64,000 nt of DNA from an uncultured Nitrososphaerales archaeon (GCA_963709405.1 CAVPXM010000006.1:28884-92883); one strand, 5' to 3'. Shown: positions 36,310 to 48,929, counted from the stretch's first letter. A program made the numbers and translations. The notes: generated by a model not told the origin, from the sequence alone.

Positions 36310-36774
36310 AAGTTTATAGTACACGTTGATATATCAAAATTACCAAATTGGTATATATTTCAATCCGTCTAGATGGAAATTCCTGCTGATTAATCCATAT
36401 TTTCAATATTGAACCACGTGAATCATCAAGCAAACATCATATATTATTATTTTATTTAAAGTCATCTTTGAATAGCCCTTCTTGCAATTCTAATGCTAAA
36501 GATTTAGGTTATATAGAACAATTTTATAATTGTAGCAATTGATATCATAAAGCAGCAGTGTAAAGCTTTCTGGAACGCATCATAATATTATCCAGAATAT
36601 ATAGTATGGGCTATAGTGAGAAGCGGTATCTGCAACTATCTGTGCATAGCGGCGAGACCTTTATAGGTGATATTGCTAGGATGAGGGGTTTGCTGTTCAC
36701 TCTAGCGATAATATTGAGTCATCGTTATTGGCCCACCTTCATCTGACTATACAAGGTGATGACAGGCTGACAGA

Positions 36775-37123
36775 ACTCCTTTCATTTATGAGGTTTGTAA
36801 AGACTACCATTTCTGATCTTGGTTATGCCGATTACTCAGAGTATTTTATAGGACATTCCGGCTCTACATACTGGCGCAAAAAGGAATCAGAGAAAGGCGA
36901 CATATTCCGTAAAATAGAACCTTACTTGACATTTCTAAATGTCCATCAATTAGAAAGACAGGGCGCTGACATACAAACCAAGGTAGAAGAATTGGAAGAT
37001 CTAAATCAATCTTTAAGACAGCGTGATAAAGTCAAAGACGATGCTATAGCTCAACTATCAGATCAACTTGTCTCACTATCGGCAAGATTGCAGGAAATCG
37101 AGAGAAGACATGATATCGGTTAG
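36775..37123 (+). pseudogene. Tyrosine integrase C-terminal fragment
   Basis: SFMRFVKTTISDLG..FIGHSGSTYW; close paralogue of 29795-30210. Confidence 0.85.
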
Positions 37124-38091
37124 CACTGAGGTTATACTATGAAGAGACATAATATATCTAAAGTACGCGCAGGCTATAAGAAATACAGCGACTTCAGTAA
37201 GATATGCTCCTGGATTCCCAGAGATCACTATTCGCGATTCAAGCTCTTGGTAAAGACAGGATAAAATTCACAATGTCACAGGTACCGACTATGGCGAAAA
37301 AATCCGTTATCTTTCAAAACCACAACAAACGCCAGGACTATTAGTCTTCTCTTATTCAATTGTAGACATCGATCAAACAAGGCACAGCACTTCTCACTTC
37401 ATTGCACACAACAGTACAAAATGGTGGAGGCAATCTCGACAAGGAAGCAACATCATCAGATAAGTTGTTCGACAATTTTAGATGTCTCTGCAGTCCAAAC
37501 AATATAGGCCTTTCCTTTATTCCTCCGTTAAATCATAGTATCTTGTTAGTCCTGAGCTCGCCTAGCTAGGCGATTTCTTGCTCGACAGATCCTTTCTGGG
37601 AGTGGTATCTAATACGTCAGGGTTGATTTTCTATACATCAAGTACTGATATTCTATTCCATAATAGACTGTAAAGACATAGTATCTATCTATAGTAAAAG
37701 TAGTTCTGAATGAGTTCTCTTTATTATCCACTCTATTGCATTATAATCACGACGGTCAGGAGTCCTGATCGTTTTGGATCGCCAATTACTGTGGCATCAG
37801 CTACACTCCTATAGAACACGTTATTTGGTGCGCCTCATAATAGATATGCACATAAAATATTTACCATAATGGTCAATTTCCTGACTTTAACAGACAACAT
37901 GGGGATGGAATGCAATCACTAAACCTGCTGTGGTCATCAGATCCGGTGCCACTAGTCCTGATATAGGTGCCAAAAGCATATCCCAAAACAGGTAATTTGT
38001 TTATAGCATGTGACTATTTGTCTTTGTTCGGCGAATAAAATAGAATAGATGCAGTTTGATTTAGGATATTTTTGGTGTTAATTTACTATTA

Positions 38092-38601
38092 TTATTCATG
38101 TATTAAAAGTACGGGTTTTTTTATACTATCCAGTACTTTTCTGACAACACTTCCAAGAACTCTAACATATGAAGTAATCCTGCTACTTGCCATAATTATC
38201 AAATCAAAATCCATTTCTTCAGATTGGTGAACTATTGCATCAACTATCTTGCCTGTTCGTATTTTATATGATATTTTATTTATGCCTGCATCCTTGCATT
38301 GTCTTATTCTTTCTTCTAGCATTTGTTTTACTCCTCCCTCTAATGTATTTCGTAAATCTTGCTTTGCTTTCTCTAGAGATCTATCTGATTTGATAAATGT
38401 AAGAAGTGTGCTTGGCGGAATGATATCATGTTCTATTACGTTAAGTATAACAATTTCTGCTCCAGATATTTTAGATAAATATGCAGCATGGCTTAAAGCC
38501 TTATCTGACATCTCTGAGCCATCATGTGGAACCAGTATCTTTTGATATTTAATTTGGGAATCTATTGAAAATAAATTAGTAGTATGTATTATGGAACTCA
38601 T
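38092..38601 (-). CDS. Universal stress protein
   Basis: KILVPHDGSEMS..A, DLIIMAS, LGSVVRKV..PVLLI. Confidence 0.9.
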   Translation of the reverse strand: MSSIIHTTNLFSIDSQIKYQKILVPHDGSEMSDKALSHAAYLSKISGAEIVILNVIEHDIIPPSTLLTFIKSDRSLEKAKQDLRNTLEGGVKQMLEERIRQCKDAGINKISYKIRTGKIVDAIVHQSEEMDFDLIIMASSRITSYVRVLGSVVRKVLDSIKKPVLLIHE

Positions 38602-38624
38602 GATATCATTATCATCATCATACT

Positions 38625-39098
38625 ATGATATATAATAGATGCAAAAAATATGTGGCAAAGCCAATTAGAGACTCTGTCAATCTTAGGGAAATTCCACCTG
38701 AAATTATTAGGATTGGCGGTTACGCTTTTGCTAAACTAACGAAGCAAGAAGAAATTAAAGGCAGTCTAGGAGTTCCTCAAATATTTCTAGGTAATATTGG
38801 AAGGTTAAATGAAGATAGATTCATAAAATATTATTGCAATAAATGTGCAAAGGAATATCCTGGTTCTCCAGTAATTAGTCATGAAAATCCAAATGAAGAA
38901 TTAGGAGAAGATGTCATTCTTATTGAAAGAGGAGAATACAGATGTAGGAAGTGCAACAATATCATAGCAGTTTATCGCAGGTTCAACAAACAGATAACAA
39001 TAGAAAAGAATTCAAGTAATATTGTAATGGTCTATTATCCAGGACTTAACGGTTTTCTTGTATTTGAGGTTCTTAGTGTTAACTTACGACAGTATTAG
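38625..39098 (+). CDS. Zinc-ribbon hypothetical protein, C-terminus probably truncated
   Basis: YYCNKC ... YRCRKC. Confidence 0.55.
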   Translation: MIYNRCKKYVAKPIRDSVNLREIPPEIIRIGGYAFAKLTKQEEIKGSLGVPQIFLGNIGRLNEDRFIKYYCNKCAKEYPGSPVISHENPNEELGEDVILIERGEYRCRKCNNIIAVYRRFNKQITIEKNSSNIVMVYYPGLNGFLVFEVLSVNLRQY

Positions 39099-39239
39099 CT
39101 TGCCATGAATAACCACTTATCAAATTAGGTGTTTTCAATTCAGATGCCGCTAAAATGAACTGTATTTCTTATTATATTATATTAGTTTAGGGTTTGCCTT
39201 GAAGTCCATATGTCATTTGTCTTGTTGTTACGGCGCCAA

Positions 39240-39300
39240 AATCTTTTTCAAAAGACATTAGATCGTATTGGTAAGGGTGCGAGAGAAGATGGTAACAAAC
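39240..39300 (+). pseudogene. Tiny tyrosine integrase fragment
   Basis: SFSKTLDRIGKGAREDGNK matches DHIGKRTREDGNE at the start of the 29795 fragment. Confidence 0.6.
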
Positions 39301-39491
39301 ACCCTCCTATTAATCTGTATTTAAGAGGTATTTCATAACCAAGCTGCGTCCAGACTTGGTACATCTTGTTCCCATCCTTTTCAGAAAATTCTAAAGAATC
39401 AAGTTTATCGTACTGATGCAAATGCAGTGTAATCAATAAACACATGAGGCTGAGTTCATTCTTATGTGGCCTTTGGTCTATTTAGACTAAG

Positions 39492-39971
39492 TTGTCTCCT
39501 CTAAATTCAAAATTCTCAAAAATAATGGTAGCGATTGATGGCTCAGATCATTCATTTAAAGCAGCTGAATATGCTATAGGAGTTGCAAAACGGTTTGGTG
39601 CACAGCTGTACGCAGTTACTGTCACATATACTCCTGAATCACATTCTGTGAAACAAGGAGGCATATTAGCCGAATCAAAAGAGAAGAACGAAAGCATAAA
39701 TAATGATGCGAAAAGATGGTTTGAAAAGTTCAATCATGATGCGAATGAAAAAAACATTCAACTGAAAACAGAATTAATTAACGGTTACAGATCATGGCCG
39801 TTAATTCCGGTGCCCATTGAATATCTACTGGTTGAATACACAGAGAAAGAGAACATGGATTTAATTGTAGTAGGTACAAGAGGAAGGTCGGGCTTTAAGA
39901 GATTATTAATTGGAAGTGTCGCATCTGGAGTTGTAAAGTATGCGCACTGTACAGTAATGGTAGTAAGATGA
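39492..39971 (+). CDS. Universal stress protein
   Basis: KIMVAIDGSDHS, DLIVVGTRGRSGFKRLLIGSVA, CTVMVVR. Confidence 0.92.
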   Translation: MSPLNSKFSKIMVAIDGSDHSFKAAEYAIGVAKRFGAQLYAVTVTYTPESHSVKQGGILAESKEKNESINNDAKRWFEKFNHDANEKNIQLKTELINGYRSWPLIPVPIEYLLVEYTEKENMDLIVVGTRGRSGFKRLLIGSVASGVVKYAHCTVMVVR

Positions 39972-40534
39972 TAGATTAATTAATTTTATGATTTGACTCC
40001 AATCCATAATCTCGCATATTTCAGGCAAAAAATACAGTATTGAGCCGGAGAAACTTTACGAATATGATAATGTCCACAGTTAGGACATTCTCTGAATGCT
40101 TGTCTTCGCGACAGTCTTTTCTCAATTCGTCTTTGAATATAGTAGGCTACTCGCTCCGAGATTCTAGCTCATCTACTGAGAGATAGAAAGAATATCAGAG
40201 TTATGTAAATGTCCGCGCGAACCTCTTGAAGGAGAATCCAGAAAGGTTGTTTCCACGTGTAAACCCTGTCACAGTCGATATCATAAGCAGAGGAATAGCA
40301 AGCCAGAGCTTACAACTTGGAAAAATACCTTAGTATATTTGAATAGGCCGTGGATTGTATGTATATATGCACAGAGCAATCGAGGAATAATGATTAACAT
40401 TGAAAGAATTAGATTATATCTGGTTGATACGACACTCAAATTACGAGAATGATAGCAGACCATACATTAGGAAATAATCAGACTTTGATAACAGTAGCAC
40501 GTGACTATAAAAAACAGAGGGATACAATAATCAA

Positions 40535-40753
40535 ATGAGTAAGAACATAATTATCTTTGTAGTTGCTGCCGTTCTTGGTTTGAGCTTGCTTGTAGTAGTT
40601 GCTGATGCTCAAGCTAAATCTAAAGATCAGCAGAAGAATCAAAATCAGACACTTGCAAAGGAAGAAGTACCAGAGGTAGGCGTGTGTGTTGTAGGCATAA
40701 AGTCAGCATGTAACGGACCAGAATTTGATCACCCCCAACAACAACAACAATAA
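40535..40753 (+). CDS. Small secreted protein
   Basis: Signal peptide, CVVGIKSACN two-Cys motif, poly-Q tail. Confidence 0.55.
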   Translation: MSKNIIIFVVAAVLGLSLLVVVADAQAKSKDQQKNQNQTLAKEEVPEVGVCVVGIKSACNGPEFDHPQQQQQ

Positions 40754-40879
40754 CAACAACAGACACAGATACAGACACCGAATCAAACGAATCATAAAAC
40801 GGCAGTAACATCGAAAGGGAGACATTGCGATGCTGCAACCAATTGCATAGTTGGTAAGAGTGTCGAGCTATCAACTGCA

Positions 40880-41300
40880 AAATGGGATTTGCTTGTCTGT
40901 CGTCTCGCTACAGACATATTCCTTGCATGACAGTTAGTTCTTGACCTGACTTTGGAATTACTTCTTGTCTTTATGTAATGTTTAATGTGGTTCTTTGACA
41001 GATATCTAAAATTGTGATTGCTGTCGTACATACAGTCTGTCAATATACCTTTTTACATGATTACCTCCCGCAGCACGAGCAGAAGAAGATGAAGCATTAT
41101 CCACTAACTTGTTTAGCATTCTACCATCATCATGTACCTTTTCACTTGTTACCTCTAAAGACAGGATTCTTTTCTTCTTGATGTCAACTGCTACAAATAT
41201 CTTTAGATATACTAGAAAAATTCATTACAAAGCCGTCATCAGTACAATGAGAAAATTGGTCTCATACAAGCTATTTTTGAGGCCGTCTTGTAATACCGTT
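40880..41300 (-). mobile_element. IS5-family transposase pseudogene fragment
   Basis: YLKIFVAVDIKKKRILSLEVTSEKVHD and MYDSNHNFRYL..IKTRSNS. Confidence 0.7.
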
Positions 41301-41422
41301 TAATAATCCGAACATCATGATTGTTTAGATAGCTAAATTATTATGATTTATAATGGCAGAAAGTTAATAATGATAAACATGACGTACGCATTCCGTTTTT
41401 GTATCTTTCTATTACTTGACAA

Positions 41423-42796
41423 GTGGACATACTAGCAATGGGTTATCGTAATGTAATTCAGAAGTTCAATTCCTATTACAATAAATTAACTTTTATTCTT
41501 GTATGTCTCCTGGTTGTTCTTTTAATAGTCGATACTTCCGTCATCAAGATTTACTACTTTAGCTTCAACCAGTCTCCTGTCAGTTGGCGAGTGGCTTTAT
41601 TTATTATCATATCTTCTGTGTATCTTGTAATTCTTTTTTTGATATCAAAAATTATGAAGCAAAGAAGTGAGCACCTACGCACTCGTAAAGCTCTGCATTT
41701 TGACATATTACATCAAGCAGTTACGATATCACAATATTTACTGACAGCAAGTATTATTTTCATAAACCTTCAAATCGTAGTATCCTCAGGCTACAGTACC
41801 GTCCTGCTCACCATAGCGACTTGGATTAGCTATATCACTGCAATCATTATGTTGGTGGTTCTTGTACAAAAGTTTTTTGCATGGTTCAAGTCAGACAGAA
41901 ATATTATAGTGCTATCATATGCACTCTCGTCAGCAATGCTTGCAATAAATGCAGCCTTCATAGTAGCATTTGTAACTACTATTTTGATGAACGTGCCTAA
42001 CTATGTTCAGCCTCACATAGGCGTCGGTTTTCCCTTTTTCAGCTTAGGACCAGCGACTGATATTCTCAATGATGGATATGTAATATCGTCAATCATATCT
42101 TTTATGTTATGGTGGGTTGCTACCATATTAGTTCTACGAAGCTACTATGAAAAGACTAACAAGAGATATTGGTTTATCCTAGGCATTCCTTTAGCATATT
42201 TTCTAATCCAATTTCCACCTTTGTTTCTTAGTCTATTTTCATCATTTAATGCTTCCCAACCTGTTTTGTTTAGCATTATCTACACATTAGTCTTTACAGT
42301 AACGAAACCTGTGGGAGGAATCCTATTTGGCATAACTTTTTGGGTTATAACGAGAAAGATTAGCGGTAATAATGTCGCGAGAAATTATATGATTATTTCA
42401 GCATATGGTCTTGTCCTTATTTTCGTTTCAAACCAGGCTGCTGTATTAGTCTCAGCTCCTTATCCGCCATTTGGACTTGTTACTACTTCGTTTATGGGAA
42501 TATCATCGTATTTGTTACTTATTGGAATTTATTCTTCAGCAATATCTGTGGCTGAAGATTCAAAATTACGTCAAACAATTCGAAAGCTTGCTGTACGCGA
42601 AACAAAATTTTTGGATAGTATTGGGATGGCACAGATGCAGGATGAACTACAAAGGAGGGTAATGAAACTCGTGAAAGAACAACACACTAATTTAATACAG
42701 CATACAGGAGTAGAACCATCACTTAATGAACCTGAGTTAAAACAGTATTTGTATGATACTATGGAAGAAATTAAGCGTAGCTCTATAAGACACTGA
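41423..42796 (+). CDS. Polytopic membrane protein (about 11 TM) with C-terminal helical tail
   Basis: Long intact hydrophobic ORF; PYPPFGL and LDSIG motifs. Confidence 0.8.
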   Translation: MDILAMGYRNVIQKFNSYYNKLTFILVCLLVVLLIVDTSVIKIYYFSFNQSPVSWRVALFIIISSVYLVILFLISKIMKQRSEHLRTRKALHFDILHQAVTISQYLLTASIIFINLQIVVSSGYSTVLLTIATWISYITAIIMLVVLVQKFFAWFKSDRNIIVLSYALSSAMLAINAAFIVAFVTTILMNVPNYVQPHIGVGFPFFSLGPATDILNDGYVISSIISFMLWWVATILVLRSYYEKTNKRYWFILGIPLAYFLIQFPPLFLSLFSSFNASQPVLFSIIYTLVFTVTKPVGGILFGITFWVITRKISGNNVARNYMIISAYGLVLIFVSNQAAVLVSAPYPPFGLVTTSFMGISSYLLLIGIYSSAISVAEDSKLRQTIRKLAVRETKFLDSIGMAQMQDELQRRVMKLVKEQHTNLIQHTGVEPSLNEPELKQYLYDTMEEIKRSSIRH

Positions 42797-43737
42797 CGAT
42801 GCTTGAATACATGTATTATGTTAGAGATAATTCCTGCCCTGAAAATGTATTTGTCGTCATGACAGCCAACAGCTTTTAATCACAGTTCTCAGTCATTTTC
42901 TTTTGGAAAGGTGTAGACTGTATAGAAGGCTTGTCATTGTGGATTTTATCTTATTTGTGTTAAGCATCATTTTTGTGCACGGATTGAATGAATATGTTTT
43001 AGATCTCAGTTGACCCGTTATGGATTATTTCGAGTACTCTACCTTTTGTGTTTTTTTCTAGATTTAATCTAGATTTGATGTAATGTCCGATATAGTCTCA
43101 TTTGGATCACGGTTATGGGATTGGATGAGGACTTGTGTGCACTACCGGAATGGCTTCCTCCATCGTGGCTATTGTTGTTGCTGCTGTTGAAAACCACTGA
43201 AGAAAGATGAATGGTGAAAACGATACGGCCAGCTGTCCGATGACATATAAGGAGAATTTCGTACACTCGTCATTGAAGTATCACTGCAACGTCAAGACCG
43301 ATTATAGATGGAAAAGATAAAGCCAAAGAAGCAGGACTGCCTGTGCTACCTTGTGTTTGGTGTGATTATAAACATCCTATAGAATTTGATCTAGGTAATC
43401 AGGTAACCAGCCCACTTCTAGTGATAGATATACAGCCTAATCTCAATCGCTAACCTAAATAACCTGAAAATGTATTAAGGGCTGTGAGCAAGAGTATATT
43501 CGCACTATTCACACCACTTGTCATGGCTGTGACTTTGATGATGATAATGGAGGAGCATCTGCCCAAGATTAGCGGTAAGGAATACCTGCAAACTGCTGCT
43601 GAGTATTTAAATGCTAAGAATATGCTGTACACTAGCTCGAGAAGCTTGACTCGTGAATCAAATCGAGGTCATTTAGATACGAGGGACGCGATTTCAGTTC
43701 AAGTACGATCGCCCCAATACCTTCTCTACCCGGGAAC

Positions 43738-44054
43738 TTGGTCAACATGCAAGATGTACCCCAGATATCTCAAAATCCTCGCCCTAATGTTCCTACGGGC
43801 AGCATAACTATATTGAATACTCCAATGGGAACCAATAATTTGTTACCAAATGCTACCTTCATGATTACCCCTAATCCGTATACTCTTAGTAACTCCCTTG
43901 CTGTACATGACAATGATACGAAGTCGAAAAAAAATGGGAAGAGGGAAGATTACCTGATCGAGAGCCAGCCTTAGATGGACCCGAGCAATGTGGATATATT
44001 TTGCAGACACAACATTTTTCAAAATTTGCGGTTGGCGGAATCAAGCAATCATAA
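43738..44054 (+). pseudogene. Collapsed paralogue of the 46928-48410 surface protein
   Basis: LLPNATFMITPNPYTL matches the N-region and CGYILQTQHFSKFAVGGIKQ matches the C-terminus; middle missing. Confidence 0.75.
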
Positions 44055-44108
44055 CATAAGTGGATACAATGCCGGTAGTAGTCTGCATCGTGTAAGAATG
44101 ATGATACG

Positions 44109-45359
44109 TTGATACTTGCGGCTGGGCCTAATTTAGTTCACGCCAATTTCTTCTTCATCGATATTGTTGGCCTCTCTGATCCATCAATGTCAACAATGAT
44201 CCAAATCAAGAAGATAGAAGTCCTAAATAATAGTATAATAAGCTGTGTATCATTTAGCTCCGCTCCAAAAGAAACTCTCATTGTACTACCGACTGGAGAT
44301 GGGATGGCTATTGGTTTCCTGCAGGGTCCAGAACTTCCTCTTAGACTTGCTGTTGAATTACATACTAAACTTGCCAAATATAACAAAAGCAGAATTCCGG
44401 CCGAAATAGTACGAGTTAGAATAGGAATACATAGTGGTCCAGTGTTTGTAGTCAAGGATGTCCTTAAGAATAATAATGTTTGGGGCCCAGGCATTATAAT
44501 TGCAAGAAGGATAATGGATATTGGAGACGATGGTCATATTCTACTCAGTCGCAGGATTGCAGAGGATCTTAGAGAAATCTCCGACGAATACAAGTCAATA
44601 ATAAGACCCCTATACGATTACACGACTAAACACAGTCAAAAGCTGTTTCTCTATTCTGCGTATGGCAAAGGTTTTGGCAACGCCAAGCTGCCCAATAAGA
44701 GCTCAAATCAAATGAGTAGCGCCATTGTTGGGGGAAAGGATGGGTTCGTTAAATCAGAAAAGATCGCCCTCACTGCTAGCGGTACAATTTATCCATCCTT
44801 AGAAGTTGACATTTCTATCAAGAATTTTAAGACGATGCTAGTTCATTACAAAAGATTGTATGAGATCCAAAACCTTTCAGATGATCCGATCTATGAAGTT
44901 ATACATGGGATTGCAACTGATGTTGACAAGACCTTTGAGGAACTGAACGTAAGAGTAGTTGATGAAAATAATATACCATTACGAATTTCAAGCATACCGA
45001 TCGACAAGCCCTTCCAAAAGGAGTTTACGACTACTTTCAACCGACCTATATTGAAATCGGATAAAAAACGTCGATACTATACGTTGGAATACGATATAGA
45101 AGAGAAAGGCAAGTATTTCGAAAATTATTTTGCTACAAATTGCGGGAAATTTGTCGTGACGATTGAATATCCGCCTAGGATGGCTACGCCTGTTGTTTAC
45201 GAGGTGAACATAGAAACCGATGAAGTAATAAAATGTAGAACGCAACCAATCTTGGACACTAGATCAAAAGCAAGCGGAGATAAAAAGAGGAGGATTGTTG
45301 CAAAGTGGGTGAGGCGAGACATTATTCAGGGACAGTCATTTAGGTTTCAGTGGAGTTAG
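44109..45359 (+). CDS. Class III nucleotide cyclase fused to uncharacterised beta-rich C-terminal domain
   Basis: FIDIVG, TGDG, RIGIHSGPV, WGPGIIIARR, ILLS. Confidence 0.85.
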   Translation: MILAAGPNLVHANFFFIDIVGLSDPSMSTMIQIKKIEVLNNSIISCVSFSSAPKETLIVLPTGDGMAIGFLQGPELPLRLAVELHTKLAKYNKSRIPAEIVRVRIGIHSGPVFVVKDVLKNNNVWGPGIIIARRIMDIGDDGHILLSRRIAEDLREISDEYKSIIRPLYDYTTKHSQKLFLYSAYGKGFGNAKLPNKSSNQMSSAIVGGKDGFVKSEKIALTASGTIYPSLEVDISIKNFKTMLVHYKRLYEIQNLSDDPIYEVIHGIATDVDKTFEELNVRVVDENNIPLRISSIPIDKPFQKEFTTTFNRPILKSDKKRRYYTLEYDIEEKGKYFENYFATNCGKFVVTIEYPPRMATPVVYEVNIETDEVIKCRTQPILDTRSKASGDKKRRIVAKWVRRDIIQGQSFRFQWS

Positions 45360-46255
45360 CGACAAAACGAGTTTCCATTTCCTAACTGTACTAAAATACA
45401 TTCAAATGAATAGTGCATCTATCATCCGATTTCCCTAAATAAACTGGAACTCATTTAAATAATAGGTTTTATTCCCGAGTTATTCATTAGCAAATTCGCT
45501 CCTAAGGCTAACGTGAATTGATGATTATGGGATATTTTTATATCGTGTAAAAGCGTAGTATAGATCGCAAGGCTAATCCTAGTCATTTATTGATAGATAG
45601 TCAATTGTTACTATATGTAAATGATGGAAAAATTGTAGATGTAACAGTTTGTCCTCGTCATGACGATGCAACTCCAGCTGGAAAGTGTAATTTGCCTAAA
45701 ATAGATGTAAGAGCAGTTGAGATTAGCGAGCCCATACCAGTATATCACTTGTTTATAATATACACAGATGAAAACGGAATCAATTACCTCTTTCGTGGAG
45801 GACCATCTGGTTCATTTACTGGTGCTAAATTTACAAAATCGACAATAGTTCCTAATATACCAGAATAAAGGCACTTCTGCTAATGGTTGAGTATTATCTG
45901 ATCCTGTAGGTTCGGTTATTTCAGGTGTTTGTTGTTCGGTTGGTGTTTGCGTAGGAGTTTGCTTACTGTCACTGCTATCATTGCTGCCACTGCTATTGCT
46001 GTCAGTACTCTTCGAATGTTTGGCATATGATATTACTGGAATAGTACATGTTATTATTAGCAGCGTCGATAAAATGAGGGCAATTGAAAACCAAGTCATT
46101 TCTTCATCATACCACCAATGGGATAGAATCACTGACGACTGATCGATCGGCCAACATTCACGGCTTGTACTGGAAATCCACATGATCGAGATTCTGGACC
46201 AACTGGCAACCCACATGACTCAGGTGGTGTGGACATCACCACTCACCATTATAAC

Positions 46256-46777
46256 TTATTCAGCTCCATGAGTTACTTTACTCGTCTCAGCCCTCGCTTT
46301 CATCATATTCTCGTAGATTCTTGGCTGTACGTATTTGGTGTTTTCGCCGAAGTCCATAAAGATCTTTTGTGGATCTTCTGATTCATCAGTATATTTCAGT
46401 GTGGTTACTATACGATCCGCCATCCAGAATAGACCGGAGCTGCTGATCCTCTTACCAGCTTGGGTACTCTTGATGTCACTTAGTTTCGTATATAGGATTT
46501 TGATACCGAGCGGTGTGATCTCTAGTCTCTCAGGGAAGATCCAAATCTTTACGTGTTGCTCCATTGCTCCACACCCGTTACCTGTAGATTCACAAACTGC
46601 TGCGGATTCAGTACCATGCTTCCTCTTAATGGATGAAGCAAAGGATTCAGCTTGTTCCAACGTATTATTATAATTGGTTTCTTTGATTATAGAACCATTC
46701 GAATCCATTATACAAACTACACAATTCCGTTTTCCAATATCTACTCCTATATAGTTCGGCAATCCTTTCTTTTTCAT
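46256..46777 (-). pseudogene. IS110 transposase N-terminus fused in frame to an unrelated domain
   Basis: YIGVDIGK..VCIMDSNG..VCESTG (DEDD RuvC-like start), then unrelated sequence below ~46575. Confidence 0.7.
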
Positions 46778-46927
46778 ATTTGGTATCCTCTTTTCTCACC
46801 TCCTTCTCTTTTTTCAGTATGGATAGCTGGACTAAGGATATTCAGTAGCAACTTATACTTCCAACATCACCAGAGCTGTAGCAGTAATAATAGGTTTCAT
46901 TCCATCATCATTCAGAGGTATTATTGT

Positions 46928-48410
46928 TCATTGTTCCTTAATACCGCCAACAGCAAATTTTGAAAAGTGTTGTGTTTGTAAGATGTATCCACATTCATCG
47001 TGAACGTCTAGCATCGCTGCTCGTATTGGTTTATCTAATTGCTGCCACTTAGCAACAGACTCATTGAATGAATACAAGCTAATATTAGGGCAACCATCTG
47101 GGAGTTTTGCAATAGACAAACGTGATGATTTGCTCACAAGTATACTAATATCTGGCGATGATGCAAATGATTTTGGATTTGAAAAGTTAACTACTTTTGT
47201 TCCTGCTGTTGTTCCTACTCCCTCTCCTACATAGTCTATATTCATAAACAATGCCACAATATCAACAGGAACTCTAGGTAATCTCAAAGAAGTTGGTATA
47301 TTGTCTGAGATGCCAAAACTAAATCCTATATTGTCAGCATGATGAAATCCTATATTGTCAGCAAATTTCATCCTAACATTTTCTACCTTAGCTAGCTCAG
47401 ATCCCACTGAGGAATTATGATTGAGCAAGACAGTCATACCAGGAAATATCTTTGCGATAACTGGCGTTAAGATAAAAGTATTATTACCTGAACCCTTTTG
47501 CTTAACTACAAAAGCTGGCGAAACATAAATCACATGAGAAGCAATATCTTTGACAGGAGCAGGATATGTAGGGACTTTAAATAAGTTGTATATCTGGGAG
47601 GCTGAAGTGGTAGCTAGGTACTGATGTTTTAAATGTAATTGCTTTCAGCGATGACGATGCATTGATAGTCGAATTAATAGTCTGTTTTTCGGAACTTACT
47701 AGTAAACCAGAAGGTAATTGGTCAACTTTGCTTATAGGTGTTCTTCCTGCTATTGTAGCACCATTGGCAATAAAAGTGCGAAGAGAACTATCATTTAGAT
47801 ACGGAGCGCTTACTATAGCAGATCCTGTAAATGGTAAGTTTAACTGTCTATTTTCAATTGTAACAATAGGATTTGGAACCGTATTATGAAGAGTAATCCT
47901 TGTCTTTTGTAATACTGGCCCAAAACCAGGTGAGGATGTTTCATTTATAACATATGGTGAGAATTTAACGTTTCTTAGTACTATAATCCCGCTAGCAGGA
48001 TCGAAATCTAAAGTAGCATTATTGTCATAAATAGTAAGAGAGCCTTTTAGTGTGAATGGATTTGGGGTAATCTTAAACTTTGAATTTGGAAGTAGTTTTT
48101 CTGTACCTAATATGACTTGTTTTATTGTTAAAGTTCCTTCATTTGATCTTTGGTGAATACTAGATTGTGACGAAGCATTATTTGTTGTCGGAGTTGATTT
48201 TTCTGATGATGCTGTACTATCGATAGACGAAGGGGGTAAGAAGGGTATAACAGGACTATTACTCCGAGCATATACACTTAAGGGTAATTCATTTAGCAAA
48301 GTGACAACTGCTGCTAAAATAATCAGGCTGGAGATAATAGCTATGCTAAGAATTTCAGTGCATTCGTCCTGTTCAGATTGAACGACATTTCCCTTATCAT
48401 TGTTTAGCAT
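46928..48410 (-). pseudogene. Secreted/cell-surface protein with one frameshift
   Basis: Signal/TM and Ser/Thr linker in 47577-48410; continues in 46928-47533 ending HFSKFAVGG; in-frame 24-bp duplication (ADNIGF x2). Confidence 0.7.
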
Positions 48411-48929
48411 TCTATTCTGTATGTCACCTTCATCTTACGCTCTACTTCGGTTTATTGTCTTGACCAAATTATATGTTATTGCATAACCATTTATACTAGG
48501 TATTCTATCTATTCCTTTTTTCTCTGATACTTACCTTCAATTCAATTAATGAAATATTCGAAAACTGTTGTTTTGAGCTGTTGGGGTTTAGCTCTACAAC
48601 CTTATCAAGGGTCAGAATTTTCTGTAAAGAAAACGGCAAATCGACAACATTTACGGTAAACCTCATCAGATCTGTTCTCAGTGGAGTTGAAATCCTTACA
48701 GTCCCATTACCCAGAGCAATGTAACTAAGACCAGATGTAGATGCTATATTGGCAGTCATCTCTGATCTTTATCAGAAATTGTGGCCAATTCTAACAGAGC
48801 AACCTAATCTATAGGTAGAAATAAGTAGAAAAGCTAAAAATTACGTTTCGAATGGCAGCTCATTTGATTTTTATTCAATATCTTTAAGAGTTTGATAAAG
48901 ATACATTTCTAATGAACTCATAAACCGTG

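Noticed and set aside
29795-37123. Diversity-generating retroelement TR/VR pair among the repeats
   Set aside because: Differences between copies are not adenine-specific and no reverse transcriptase is present
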